A stretch of 64,000 bases of DNA, from assembly GCA_037442925.1 (NCBI GenBank), contig JBBIPG010000001.1, positions 33,814 through 97,813 on the forward strand, read 5' to 3'. Within the stretch, counting starts at the first letter, position 1, and every line of letters begins with the position of its first letter. The notes below the pieces were generated by a model. It did not search any database, was not told the DNA's origin, and was given only the letters and a program-made list of their open reading frames with translations. Shown piece after piece: positions 19,216 through 29,100 of this stretch. Origin of the DNA: Candidatus Fraserbacteria bacterium. Lineage in GTDB: Bacteria > Bipolaricaulota > Bipolaricaulia > RBG-16-55-9. A program made the position numbers and the translations under genes.

Positions 19216-19866
19216 ATGCCTAGAGCAACCGTTGACTCTCATCATATCCGAGTCCTCTACGATCAGTTGGCTTCGGGCTACGATCGCCGTACTGCACTGA
19301 GCGATTTCTTATTCTTGAAGCGTTTTCGCCGACAGCTTCTGGCCTCGGCTCATGGGCGAGTTCTGGAGATCGGCATCGGAACGGGCCGAAATCTCCCCTA
19401 TTATCCACGCGATTGTGACATCACGGGCGTGGATATCTCTCCCAAAATGCTTGAAGCAGCAGCACATCGAGCAGCCCAGATGGGTCTTAAGGTGAAGCTC
19501 TTGCAGATGGATGGCCATGAACTCAGCTTCCCCAGTTCTAGTTTCGACACGGTAGTGAGCAGCTTGTCGCTCTGCACCGTGATCGATCCGGTCAAAGCCC
19601 TGGCAGAGATGTCTCGGGTGAGCGTTCCCAATGGACGCATCTTGCTGCTCGAGCACGGTCGAAGCCGATACCGCTGGGTCTGCCGCCTTCTGGATTTATT
19701 GGCGCCCCACCAGATTGGCAAGTACGGCTGCCATCCGAATCGGAATATCTTGGCGCTGGTACAAGCCGCAGATCTCGTGGTATTACAGATCGAGCGCCAC
19801 TTTCTGGGTGGCATCCTGCAAGTGATCCGTGCGCGACCTCCGCGCTCTGGCACGATCTCCAAATGA
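19216..19866 (+). CDS. Class I SAM-dependent methyltransferase (PmtA-like)
   Basis: VLEIGIGTGRN, GVDISPKML, FDTVV, LCTV.DP, LLEH. Confidence 0.9.
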   Translation: MPRATVDSHHIRVLYDQLASGYDRRTALSDFLFLKRFRRQLLASAHGRVLEIGIGTGRNLPYYPRDCDITGVDISPKMLEAAAHRAAQMGLKVKLLQMDGHELSFPSSSFDTVVSSLSLCTVIDPVKALAEMSRVSVPNGRILLLEHGRSRYRWVCRLLDLLAPHQIGKYGCHPNRNILALVQAADLVVLQIERHFLGGILQVIRARPPRSGTISK

Positions 19867-19893
19867 GACCCCAGTGCGCAGAATGGTCTTGAG

Positions 19894-22617
19894 CTAGCTT
19901 GTCGTTGAGAAGCGCGGCTCGAGCATAAGATAGACCTGAGGCTGTGCTGTGCCGATGCCGTAAGCAAAACCCACTCGAAGCGAGCCAGTCATGAGCCCGT
20001 ATCCCAGCACGACCTGGAGTTGGAGTTCTGCTCCCAAAGCGACCCGACTTTGATCGAGTTCTAGAGTCGATCCGACCGTTCCGGCATCCACAAATAGGCT
20101 GCCGCGAAGATCGTCAAGAAATAGGGGTGAAATGGAGTCCCCGCAGCACGCCCACTCGATGGCCCATACAGGGAATCGATATTCTGCGGTCATCGAAACA
20201 AGCTCGGATCCTACGGAGATGTTCGCAAAGCCGCGCAGCGGATACTTCCCGCTGACACCTCCCAGACGGAACTCCTCGCGATCGCTCCAGGCGGCACCGG
20301 CTCGGAAGAGAAACTCGTGTGGGCCGACGGGATTCTCAAACGGAAGCTGAAACTCTTCACGCCATTCCAGAGTCAACCGACGCGCCAGTCCCTGCAAGGG
20401 CCATGTCAGACTGCCCTGGATCGCCAGTGAGGAGCGGCGCTGGAACAGGTCGAACCCTTGCGCATCCATGAGTCGTTCCGTGAGAGATACCTCGGCCGCG
20501 CCGCGCTCTTGCCCTAGAGCCAGTGTCAAGACACGCTCACGGTTCAAGCTCTCTCCCCAGGGGAATTCCAGTGCGAACTCCTGACGCTCTTGTACAGGGC
20601 TCCCCTGCACACGGAAGTGAAGGGCGGGAAAGAACTGGTTATTGATGTAGCCAAACTCGTAGAAAAACTCGAACGTGTCGGTACTCAATCCCACGTTGAG
20701 GTCGTAGCGATGTCGATGAAGCGGATCTTCGTTTTGCGTGAAGAACCCCACTTCCGTCATTCCGACAAAGGGCACCCAGAAGGTCGGGATCAGTGCAGGC
20801 ACTGGATCGTAGATCACCGGTCGCAGCTTTTGAACTTCCTTAGCAGAGAGTGCACTGGCCATCTGAGGCGTCTTCACGCTGGCTGAGTTGCTCGAAGGCG
20901 GCTTGAGACTCCAACGGGCGGGGTCATACTCCGCACGCTGTAGGCTGAATCCGTTTTCCGTGTAGCCTACGATGAGGAGGTGCTGTCCATCGGACGAGAC
21001 GGCAGGGTCAAAACTGCCGCTGAGGGAACGGGTGACACGGAAGAGCTGGCGATCTCCCAGGCGAAGAGCGTAGACATCAAAAATGCCCTCACGGTTGGAC
21101 GAGAAGAGAATGAAACGGCCATCGGGTGAGAAGACGGGATCGAAGTCGAGAGCTGGGTCTTGGGTCAGAGGAATCGGTTCCCCTCCTTGGCTATTCATGA
21201 GATATATATCTTGCCCCTGCTCACTCTTCCAGAGGGAGAGCGCGATGAGTTTTCCATCCGGAGAGATGCTCATGGAGTGGACGCGTTGGTCCCTATCGAA
21301 TTCCGTGAGTACTTGACGGCTCTTAGTAAGAAGATCGAAGACGACCAACGCACTTGTTCCTGCGGTGCCGTTGCGAGCGAAGAGCAAACGGCGGCCATCT
21401 AAGAAGGATTCTACCTGGTAGACTCTCTCGCCATACGTGAGACGCGCCTCGCGCCGACTTTCAAGATCATACAGGTAGAGATCATAGACGCGAGAGCCAT
21501 GGGTGATGCCGAGCTTAGGATAAGTCAGTGTGATCGCATCCAGCCAGGCTGGCGGACCACATTCGCAAGCCAGCAGTGGCTGATCGTCTGTCCCGTTGGG
21601 CCGGATCCAGCGTAAGCCGGAGCTACGCTGTGGATCTTGGTGATAGTAGGCAATGGCATCACCCAACGGGGATTCCGCGGGCCAGACACTCCAGAAATCC
21701 AGGGAGCCTAGAGGGGTTCGCGCGGTTACCCCGCCTTGGCTCTGGATCTCGTCTTGAAGCCGGGCCGAGCGCTCCTCTGCCCAGAACCGAAAGTCCTGAT
21801 AGGTTTTTTCAGAGGACTGACCCGTCGCGATACTCAATGGACCTGAGAGGAAAGAACCCAGGAGATTGGTCGCATAGGCTCGGCTGATCTCTTGAATCGC
21901 TTCATGACCGTATGTTTCATCCAGATACGCCAGCAGCACGGACCCAACGAAGTAGGCTTGTACGTCAGCGGAAGGCCAAACCTTCTTCGTGTACGGGGAA
22001 CTCAATTGCGCCAGAGTAGGCAAGCGCTCTGATTCAGCCATGGCCCGGAGGCTCATCTCGGCAAGACCCGGATCGCGATGAGTCCGGTAGATGAGACCCT
22101 CTCGCCACCAGAGCGGCTTCACGAGACCGGGGGCAACGAGACTCCCGAAGATCGCCCGCAGATCCGCGGTGATTCCTTCCACTCGCGTCGCGTCAACGAT
22201 ACGTCCGTATTCAGAAAAGATGATCTCCTCAAGCCACGATTCCCTCGGGGAGCTCCACAGTTCAGTGGACCACCCATACGGGTGATCGATCACCATGACG
22301 TTGTGGGGAAAGATGCTCCGGACGACTGTTGTGACATCGCTACGATCCGTCAGCACGATATAGGTCTTTGCCGGCTCGGAATACTGGAGCTTCTGAGCCC
22401 AGTACTCATGAGCTCTTTCCGCAAGGAGAGCGGCTTCCTTCGCTAATTCGAAGAGATCATCCGGGAAGAGGATCTCAAAGTGCTCGGTCTTAAGAGCCTG
22501 CCAGTTGCGAGCCGAAGCCTGCGTTCCCCAGGGCAAAGGAGTAGGTGCTCCGTCGAGAGTGATGAACCATATTGCGACAGCTGCGAGTACCCAGATCAAC
22601 CACGACCTCACGTACAC
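19894..22617 (-). CDS. Omp85-like protein: degenerate peptidase-MA-like N-terminus, TolB/PD40 beta-propeller, BamA/TamA-like C-terminus
   Basis: Signal peptide; TEHFEI, PLWWREG; SPDG repeats and FSSNREGIFDVY; YPLRGF, AEYRFP, LFVDAG. Confidence 0.75.
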   Translation of the reverse strand: MYVRSWLIWVLAAVAIWFITLDGAPTPLPWGTQASARNWQALKTEHFEILFPDDLFELAKEAALLAERAHEYWAQKLQYSEPAKTYIVLTDRSDVTTVVRSIFPHNVMVIDHPYGWSTELWSSPRESWLEEIIFSEYGRIVDATRVEGITADLRAIFGSLVAPGLVKPLWWREGLIYRTHRDPGLAEMSLRAMAESERLPTLAQLSSPYTKKVWPSADVQAYFVGSVLLAYLDETYGHEAIQEISRAYATNLLGSFLSGPLSIATGQSSEKTYQDFRFWAEERSARLQDEIQSQGGVTARTPLGSLDFWSVWPAESPLGDAIAYYHQDPQRSSGLRWIRPNGTDDQPLLACECGPPAWLDAITLTYPKLGITHGSRVYDLYLYDLESRREARLTYGERVYQVESFLDGRRLLFARNGTAGTSALVVFDLLTKSRQVLTEFDRDQRVHSMSISPDGKLIALSLWKSEQGQDIYLMNSQGGEPIPLTQDPALDFDPVFSPDGRFILFSSNREGIFDVYALRLGDRQLFRVTRSLSGSFDPAVSSDGQHLLIVGYTENGFSLQRAEYDPARWSLKPPSSNSASVKTPQMASALSAKEVQKLRPVIYDPVPALIPTFWVPFVGMTEVGFFTQNEDPLHRHRYDLNVGLSTDTFEFFYEFGYINNQFFPALHFRVQGSPVQERQEFALEFPWGESLNRERVLTLALGQERGAAEVSLTERLMDAQGFDLFQRRSSLAIQGSLTWPLQGLARRLTLEWREEFQLPFENPVGPHEFLFRAGAAWSDREEFRLGGVSGKYPLRGFANISVGSELVSMTAEYRFPVWAIEWACCGDSISPLFLDDLRGSLFVDAGTVGSTLELDQSRVALGAELQLQVVLGYGLMTGSLRVGFAYGIGTAQPQVYLMLEPRFSTTS

Positions 22618-22648
22618 GTACGTTCCTCTCTCCTTAAGGTTCGGATCT

Positions 22649-23698
22649 TCAGGGAAGCACCCCAGCCTCCACGGTCAATACGGGAACGCCGTCGCGGGTG
22701 ACGGCCAGACTGATATTCACATTTAGGTCCGGGAAGCTAAGCGAAGTCCCCCAGCCGAAGAGCACTTCGTTCGACTCTTCTCCATCGCCCAATACCATGC
22801 CACCCTCGAAGAAGACCGACGAGAGCAGGCGGAGTCGCACGGGAATCCATCCGAGCCTCTCTCCCAGAATGTCCCTGAGATCCAACTGGAAGATCTGAGC
22901 TGAAAGCACTTCAAAGCCCTGTTCGAGCGAGAACAAGAAGAATCGATGGCCCGCAAACGAAGCGGGATAGCTGCGAAGCCCCAGATTGAAGCGAAAGCCT
23001 GGCAGGTCGGCGGGGTTATCTAACTCTCCCAGGCGAAACTCCAACGTGGTCTCATCGACCCACAATCTGGTCGAGCTAAAGAAAGTCTGAAAGGAGCTTT
23101 CGAGGTCGGTCAGAGGCTGACCGAACAGAAACTCTCCGCGAGTCTCCAGAGTGATGCCGAGCGGCAGTGGCCAGTGAAGGAAACCGCTCAGGTGAAAGTA
23201 TCGCACATCCGGACCTTCCATCTCGCCTTCCCCTGGCCAGAGGCGCCCCAAGAATCCCGTTCCTTGGAGCTGGCTTTGCTGGAGAACTGCGCCAAGAAGT
23301 CCCTCTCCTTCACTCCCCAGCAGTCGATTGAGTGCCAGCAGGTCCAGCGACGCATGAATACCCTGTTCGCCTTGACGACCGAATACCAAGCTGCTCGGCC
23401 AGTCTCCATAGGAGATCCTCAGAGCGTTCTGGTATTGCAGGCCCGTTCGGAAGCGTCCCATCTGGCTCAACACGCCATAGGCTCCGCCTGCTTCCAGTTC
23501 CAACCCCAAGCCTTCCAGAGTTAATGCAAAATCCAGTCCCAGCAGCAGGCCGTCGCGATGGCTCTCCGCGATCACAGGGCGCAGATGGGGAATCGCACCG
23601 ATGGGTTGCTGCTCCTGGGACCAACCACTAAACCCGCTCAAAGCGACGAGCCCCAGAGTGAGCCATGCCCAACTGTATCTCCATCCTCGATCACTCAT
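22649..23698 (-). CDS. Putative Omp85-like beta-barrel without a soluble N-terminal domain
   Basis: Signal peptide, alternating beta-strand pattern, LGLRSY (RGY/F-like) and VFFEGG motifs. Confidence 0.55.
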   Translation of the reverse strand: MSDRGWRYSWAWLTLGLVALSGFSGWSQEQQPIGAIPHLRPVIAESHRDGLLLGLDFALTLEGLGLELEAGGAYGVLSQMGRFRTGLQYQNALRISYGDWPSSLVFGRQGEQGIHASLDLLALNRLLGSEGEGLLGAVLQQSQLQGTGFLGRLWPGEGEMEGPDVRYFHLSGFLHWPLPLGITLETRGEFLFGQPLTDLESSFQTFFSSTRLWVDETTLEFRLGELDNPADLPGFRFNLGLRSYPASFAGHRFFLFSLEQGFEVLSAQIFQLDLRDILGERLGWIPVRLRLLSSVFFEGGMVLGDGEESNEVLFGWGTSLSFPDLNVNISLAVTRDGVPVLTVEAGVLP

Positions 23699-25649
23699 GT
23701 TGTGATGATGGAATCTGCCTCTGGAGTTCTTCCATAATAGCCGTCCATTCTCGATACATCACATCCAAGCGCGTTTTCGCCTCTTGATACTGCTTGTTGA
23801 GCTCACGCAGGCGTTCGTGATCTTGCGCGTAGCTAGCCTCTTGCAGTGCCTCTTCGATCCGAGCGATCGTGCCTTCCCATTCCGTCACGGCGTGAGACAG
23901 TCCCGCTTCTTGTGTCTCCAGCTTCTTGCGTTCCCTTTGTCTTACTTTCTCATCGTGGCCTGCCTTTGGTGTTTGAGCCTGACGTCTTGGAGCTTTCTCT
24001 TGTTGTTTGTGCTCTTGCGCTCCTCGTTTCGTCCCCTCACCGGTACGTCTGCGGAGGTAATCTTCGTACCTTCCGCGATAGATGTAGCACTCTCCGTCAC
24101 GGATCTCCCAGACTTGGGTGGCGAATCTCTGAATGAGGTACCGATCGTGGGATACAAACAGAACCGTTCCTTCGTAGTTATGCAGTGCCTGTTCCAGCAC
24201 TTCTCGTGAACTTATGTCCAAGTGGTTGGTCGGCTCATCCAGCACGAGAAAATTCCCGTCCAATTGCGCCAAGCGAGCCAGCGCGAGGCGACTGCGCTCA
24301 CCGCCCGACAACTCCCCAATACGCTTATACACGTCGTCTTCGGAGAAGAGGAAACGCCCGAGGAAGTCGCGCGCTTCACTGATGGTCTGATGCTTCCCGG
24401 CCATGAGCGCATCCAAGACCGTCTGATCACGAGCGAGCTCTTCCCACTGGCTTTGGCGGAAGTACGAAAGAATGGCGTTATGTCCCATTTGGAGTCTGCC
24501 TGCCAAAGGCGTAAGTTCTCCGACCAATGCTTTCAGGAAACTGGTCTTGCCACAACCGTTGGGCCCGATGAGAGCCACGCGCTCGCCCCGCTCCAGTATC
24601 GCTTGTGGGATGCGAAAGAGCACCTGGGGCTGGCCATTCGCACCCGGATAACCAATGAGGAGATCTTCTACTTCGAGAATGCGCTGACCACTGGGTTCTC
24701 CTAACGGAATGGAGAAATGAATGGATTTCGTGACCGGTGGAGCCTCTACGAGCTCTAGTCGTTCGAGTTGCTTGCGCCGCGCTTTGGCTTGCGCCTCTCG
24801 GAACCGTCCACCGGCAATGTTCTTCCGGATGAATTCCTCTGATTTCTTGATGAATTCCTGTTGTTGATCGTAGCGTTTCTGCTGATGCCCTACCCGCTCG
24901 GTCTTGATCGCGCGATATTTTGAGTAATTGCCTGGATATTCTGTAAGTCGACCCACTTCCAGCTCCCAGATTCGATCGGCCAGTTTGTCGATCATGAATC
25001 GATCGTGGGAGGAGAGTATGAAGCCGCCCTTCCAGTTTGCGAGATGCTCCTCGAGCCATTCGAGGGCGTCGAAATCCAGGTGATTCGTGGGCTCATCCAA
25101 GAGCAGGATTTCCGGTTCCTCGAGTAAGAGTTTGGCGAGCGCCGCACGAGCTCGCTCCCCTCCACTCAAATGGGCAACGGGCTTGTTCTCATCTTCTAGA
25201 GAAAAGCCCAGTCCCGCCAGCACTTGATGAACCTCACTCTCGTACTCATAGCCTCCTGCAAGGCGGTACGATTCCAAGAGCTCATCATATCGGTGCAGCA
25301 GTTCTTCGCTGTCCGACTCTGCTGCCAGTTTCGCCTCTAACGTTCGAAGTTCGTGCTCTTTTCGGAGCAGCTCTTGCTTCGCGGCCCGTACGGCTTCATA
25401 GAGTGTGTCGGCCCCATGCAACTGGGGCTCCTGAGCGAGATAACCGATCTTTACGGAGCTGGCCCTTTTCACCCGACCGTCGTTCGGCTCCTCGATCCCG
25501 GTGAGCACCTTGAGCAGAGTTGATTTCCCAGAACCGTTGGGACCAATGAGTGCAATGCGGTCGCCTCGGGCCACTTGCAGCGTGACACCCTTAAGAACGG
25601 TCTCCGCTCCAAACCGCTTTGTCAGTCCTTCCGCGCTGATGGCTGCCAT
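23691..25649 (-). CDS. ABC-F family ATPase (YdiF/Uup-like)
   Basis: Two NBDs (GPNGSGKS, GPNGCGKT; LSGGE; LDEPTNHLD), no TM segments, C-terminal coiled coil. Confidence 0.95.
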   Translation of the reverse strand: MAAISAEGLTKRFGAETVLKGVTLQVARGDRIALIGPNGSGKSTLLKVLTGIEEPNDGRVKRASSVKIGYLAQEPQLHGADTLYEAVRAAKQELLRKEHELRTLEAKLAAESDSEELLHRYDELLESYRLAGGYEYESEVHQVLAGLGFSLEDENKPVAHLSGGERARAALAKLLLEEPEILLLDEPTNHLDFDALEWLEEHLANWKGGFILSSHDRFMIDKLADRIWELEVGRLTEYPGNYSKYRAIKTERVGHQQKRYDQQQEFIKKSEEFIRKNIAGGRFREAQAKARRKQLERLELVEAPPVTKSIHFSIPLGEPSGQRILEVEDLLIGYPGANGQPQVLFRIPQAILERGERVALIGPNGCGKTSFLKALVGELTPLAGRLQMGHNAILSYFRQSQWEELARDQTVLDALMAGKHQTISEARDFLGRFLFSEDDVYKRIGELSGGERSRLALARLAQLDGNFLVLDEPTNHLDISSREVLEQALHNYEGTVLFVSHDRYLIQRFATQVWEIRDGECYIYRGRYEDYLRRRTGEGTKRGAQEHKQQEKAPRRQAQTPKAGHDEKVRQRERKKLETQEAGLSHAVTEWEGTIARIEEALQEASYAQDHERLRELNKQYQEAKTRLDVMYREWTAIMEELQRQIPSSQHE

Positions 25650-25770
25650 GATGAATCATTTCACAGATGAGCTGGGACTAGCTGCAACCGGATTGTATGG
25701 GAATTTTGACGGATCGGCAACAGCGTTACCCTTCCGGGAGCGATGTCCACCCTGAGAAAGCCCGTCGGAC

Positions 25771-25800
25771 TTGCCGCGGAATTGAGCCGCACCCTATACT
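25771..25800 (+). promoter_or_regulatory. Promoter of the eno-relic/ftsB/dnaE operon
   Basis: TTGCCG 25771-25776, 18 nt, TATACT 25795-25800. Confidence 0.55.
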
Positions 25801-25810
25801 GAGATTACCC

Positions 25811-25873
25811 ATGAAGATCACTCACATTCATGCGCGCGAGATTCTCGATTCTCGAGGGGAAGATCCGCGATGA
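25811..25873 (+). pseudogene. eno: Enolase relic (20 codons)
   Basis: MKITHIHAREILDSRGEDPR*; the first 16 residues match the enolase N-terminus (AREILDSRGNPT). Stop overlaps the ftsB-like ATG. Confidence 0.85.
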
Positions 25874-26142
25874 ATCTTCGGATCGTGCCCATCGCCATTC
25901 TCATTGGGGTCGTGGCCCTCGGTGTGCTCTTCTTCCTGCGAGGACAGGCGATTGTGAGTCTCCAAAGAGAACTTCACAAGCTTCAAATCCAACAAGAGGA
26001 ACTGATTGAGGAGAATGGGTACTTGAGGGGACTCCTCGCTCGCAAGGACGATCTGGGCTATCTCGAGTATCTGGCTCGTCGTGAGCTGGGGTTGATCAAG
26101 CCGGGCGAAGAGAAGTATATTCTCATCGAAGGTGGGCCATGA
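25870..26142 (+). CDS. Septum formation initiator (FtsB/DivIC family)
   Basis: TM helix, coiled coil, YLEYLARRELGLIKPGE. Confidence 0.88.
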   Translation: MNLRIVPIAILIGVVALGVLFFLRGQAIVSLQRELHKLQIQQEELIEENGYLRGLLARKDDLGYLEYLARRELGLIKPGEEKYILIEGGP

Positions 26143-29100
26143 GTTTCGTCCACTTGCACGTGCACTCAGAGTATAGCTTGCTGGATGCTACCTGCCGAAT
26201 TGATCAGCTGTTGGACCGAGCTGTAGAGTTCCAGATGCCTGCGATAGCCCTTACGGATCATGGCGTGCTCTGCGGGGCGATCGAGTTTTATCTTAAGGCC
26301 CGCGAAAGAGGCATTCAGCCGATCATCGGCTGCGAGCTCTATGTGGCTCCCGGCAGCCGCTTCGAGAAGCGGCAGACAGAAAAGTATTATCATCTCACCG
26401 TGCTCGCTCGCAACGCCACAGGGTATAGAAACCTCTTGAAGCTGACGAGTCTCGGCTACTTGGAAGGCTTCTACTATCGCCCGCGCGTGGACAAAGAGCT
26501 GCTGCGCCAATACAGCGACGGCCTGCTGGCACTTTCCGGGTGTCTTAAGAGCGAGATCAACACGCTTCTTCTTCGGGGGGATTTAGAGGCTGCTCGTGCT
26601 GCGGCGCGGGAGTTTCAAGAGATCTTTGGGCATGAATATTTCTTCATGGAACTCCAAGACCATGGTTTGGAGGACCAACGGCGGCTCAGACCCCAACTGA
26701 TGGAACTGGCTCGACGAATCGGTGCTCGCCTCGTCGCCAGCAACGACGTGCATTTCCTTACCCGTGCGGATCACGAAGCTCATGAAGTCTTCATCAATAT
26801 TGGCTCCAGCAAGTCCAACGAGCGGCGCAGCTATGGTCACGAATGCTATCTCAAGTCCCCCGAAGAGATGGCTCAGATCTTCCCAGACATGCCGGAGGCC
26901 CTTGAAACTACGCTGTACATTGCTGAACTATGCCAGCTCGAACTCGATCTCAGTCATCGGCATCTGCCCTACTTTGAGCTGCCCCCTTCGGAGACGAGCG
27001 CGGATCGCTACCTCGAGAAGCTGGCGTGGGAAGGTGTCCAGCAACGTTACCCGGAACTCACGGCGGAGATCGAAGAACGGCTGCGTCATGAGCTTGAGAT
27101 CATCGAGCACATGGGCTTTGCCTCGTATTTCTTGATCGTTCAAGATTTCATTCGCTTTGCCAAGTCTCGCGGGATTTCGGTGGGACCGGGAAGAGGCTCT
27201 GCAGCAGGGAGCCTGGTCTGCTATGCGTTGGGCATCACCGATGTAGATCCACTTCGGTATGGACTGATCTTCGAGCGCTTTTTGAACCCCGATCGCATTG
27301 AGCTTCCGGATATCGACATCGATTTCTGCATGCGCCGCCGCGACGAAGTGATCCGATATGTAGAAGAGAAGTACGGCACGGATCACGTGGCCCAGATTGT
27401 CACATTCGATACGATGGCAGCGCGAAGCGCCGTACGCGATGTGGCGCGGGCTATGGGCATCTCGCATGCGGATGCCGACAGAATTGCCAAACTCATCCCC
27501 TTCGGGGCTACCCTCGAACAAGCCTTGTCGGCCTCGAGAGAACTTAGGGAGCTCGGCGAGCGCGATGAGAGGATTCAGCGCTTGTTGGAAGTGGCGGGTA
27601 GACTCGAAGGGCTCGTCCGCAACCCCGCCACTCATGCCGCGGGCGTGGTCATCGCACCCAACGAGATCACGCAATATACAGCACTCATGCGTTTGAGCGA
27701 TGGCGCTGTTGTCACTCAGTACGACATGATCTCTGTAGGTGCCATCGGCATGCTCAAGATGGACTTCCTGGGCTTACGGAATCTCACCGTGCTCGAAGAT
27801 ACGCTCAAGTTCATTCGCCAACACATGGGCCAGAAGCTGGAGCTCCGCGATATTCCGCTGGAAGACCCCAAGACCTATAGCCTGCTGCAACAGGGCCGCA
27901 CCGCAGGAGTGTTCCAGCTGGAGAGCAGCGGCATTCGCGAGATGCTCAAGCGTCTGGAACCCACAGAGTTCAAAGACGTGATCGCCACGCTCGCGCTCTA
28001 TCGCCCTGGGCCTTTAGAGAGCGGTATGGCCAACGACTACATCGAGCGCAAGCACGGGCGCGAGAAGATCTCCTACCCTCACCCGAAACTCGAAGGAATT
28101 CTTCGGGACACGTATGGGTTGCCCATCTATCAGGATCAAGTGCTGATGATGGCTCGCGTGATGGCGGGCTTTTCCCTGGCTGAGGCAGACACGCTGCGGA
28201 AGGCCATCGGCAAGAAGAACAGGGCACTCATGGAAAAGATGAGGCAGAAGTTCATTGAGGGATGCGTGAAGAACGAGATCGCCGCCCAGAAGGCCGAATC
28301 CCTCTTTACAGATATTGAGAAATTCGCGCGCTACGGCTTTGTGAAAGCCCACTCCACAGCGTATGCTCTCATCTCATACTGGACGGCCTATCTCAAAGCG
28401 AACTACCCCACATTCTACCTGGCAGCACTCTTGACGAGTGTGGCGGGCAACTCGGCCCGTGTGCGAGAGTACATCAACGAATGCCGCGAGCTGGGCATTC
28501 AGCTGCTCCCACCGGATATCAATGAGAGCCAGGCGGATTTCACACCGCGGGAGGGCAAGACCGGCAACGCCATTCGCTTTGGACTGGGCGCAATCAAGAA
28601 CGTTGGACACGGCCCCATCGAGGCGATATTGAAGGCCCGTCAAGCGCGTCCGTTTGAGTCTTTCTTCGACTTCTGCCGGCGTGTCGAGGCCGATAAGCTC
28701 AACCGCGAGGTGCTCGAAAGCCTCGTCAAGGCGGGAGCCTTCTGCCAAATGGGTACGCGCAAATATCTCTTGGAGCTTATTCCGATGGGTATGGAATTGG
28801 CCGGACGCGCCCACCGAGAGCGCCGCAGTGGCCAAGCAGCACTCTTTGGTGTGGGCGAGATCTCTCCTCTAGGAAACGCCGCCCCACGAGCGACGGTGAA
28901 TGAAGAATTCTCCAAGTGGGAACTGCTCAGTTTCGAGAAGGAACTCTTGGGACTCTATGTGAGCGGGCATCCCTTAGAGGATTATGAGGACCGATTGGCT
29001 CTCTATCGCACGTGCGCGCTCAGTGCCATGGCAGAAGCTACAGAAGGTCAGGAGCTACAGCTGGGTGGCCGCGTGGAGAACGTGAAGATCATTCATACAC

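Noticed and set aside
25720..25750. SRP RNA or ZTP riboswitch
   Set aside because: A GGAA tetraloop is present on the minus strand, but the CAGG/AGCAG internal loop of SRP and the conserved ZTP segments are absent.
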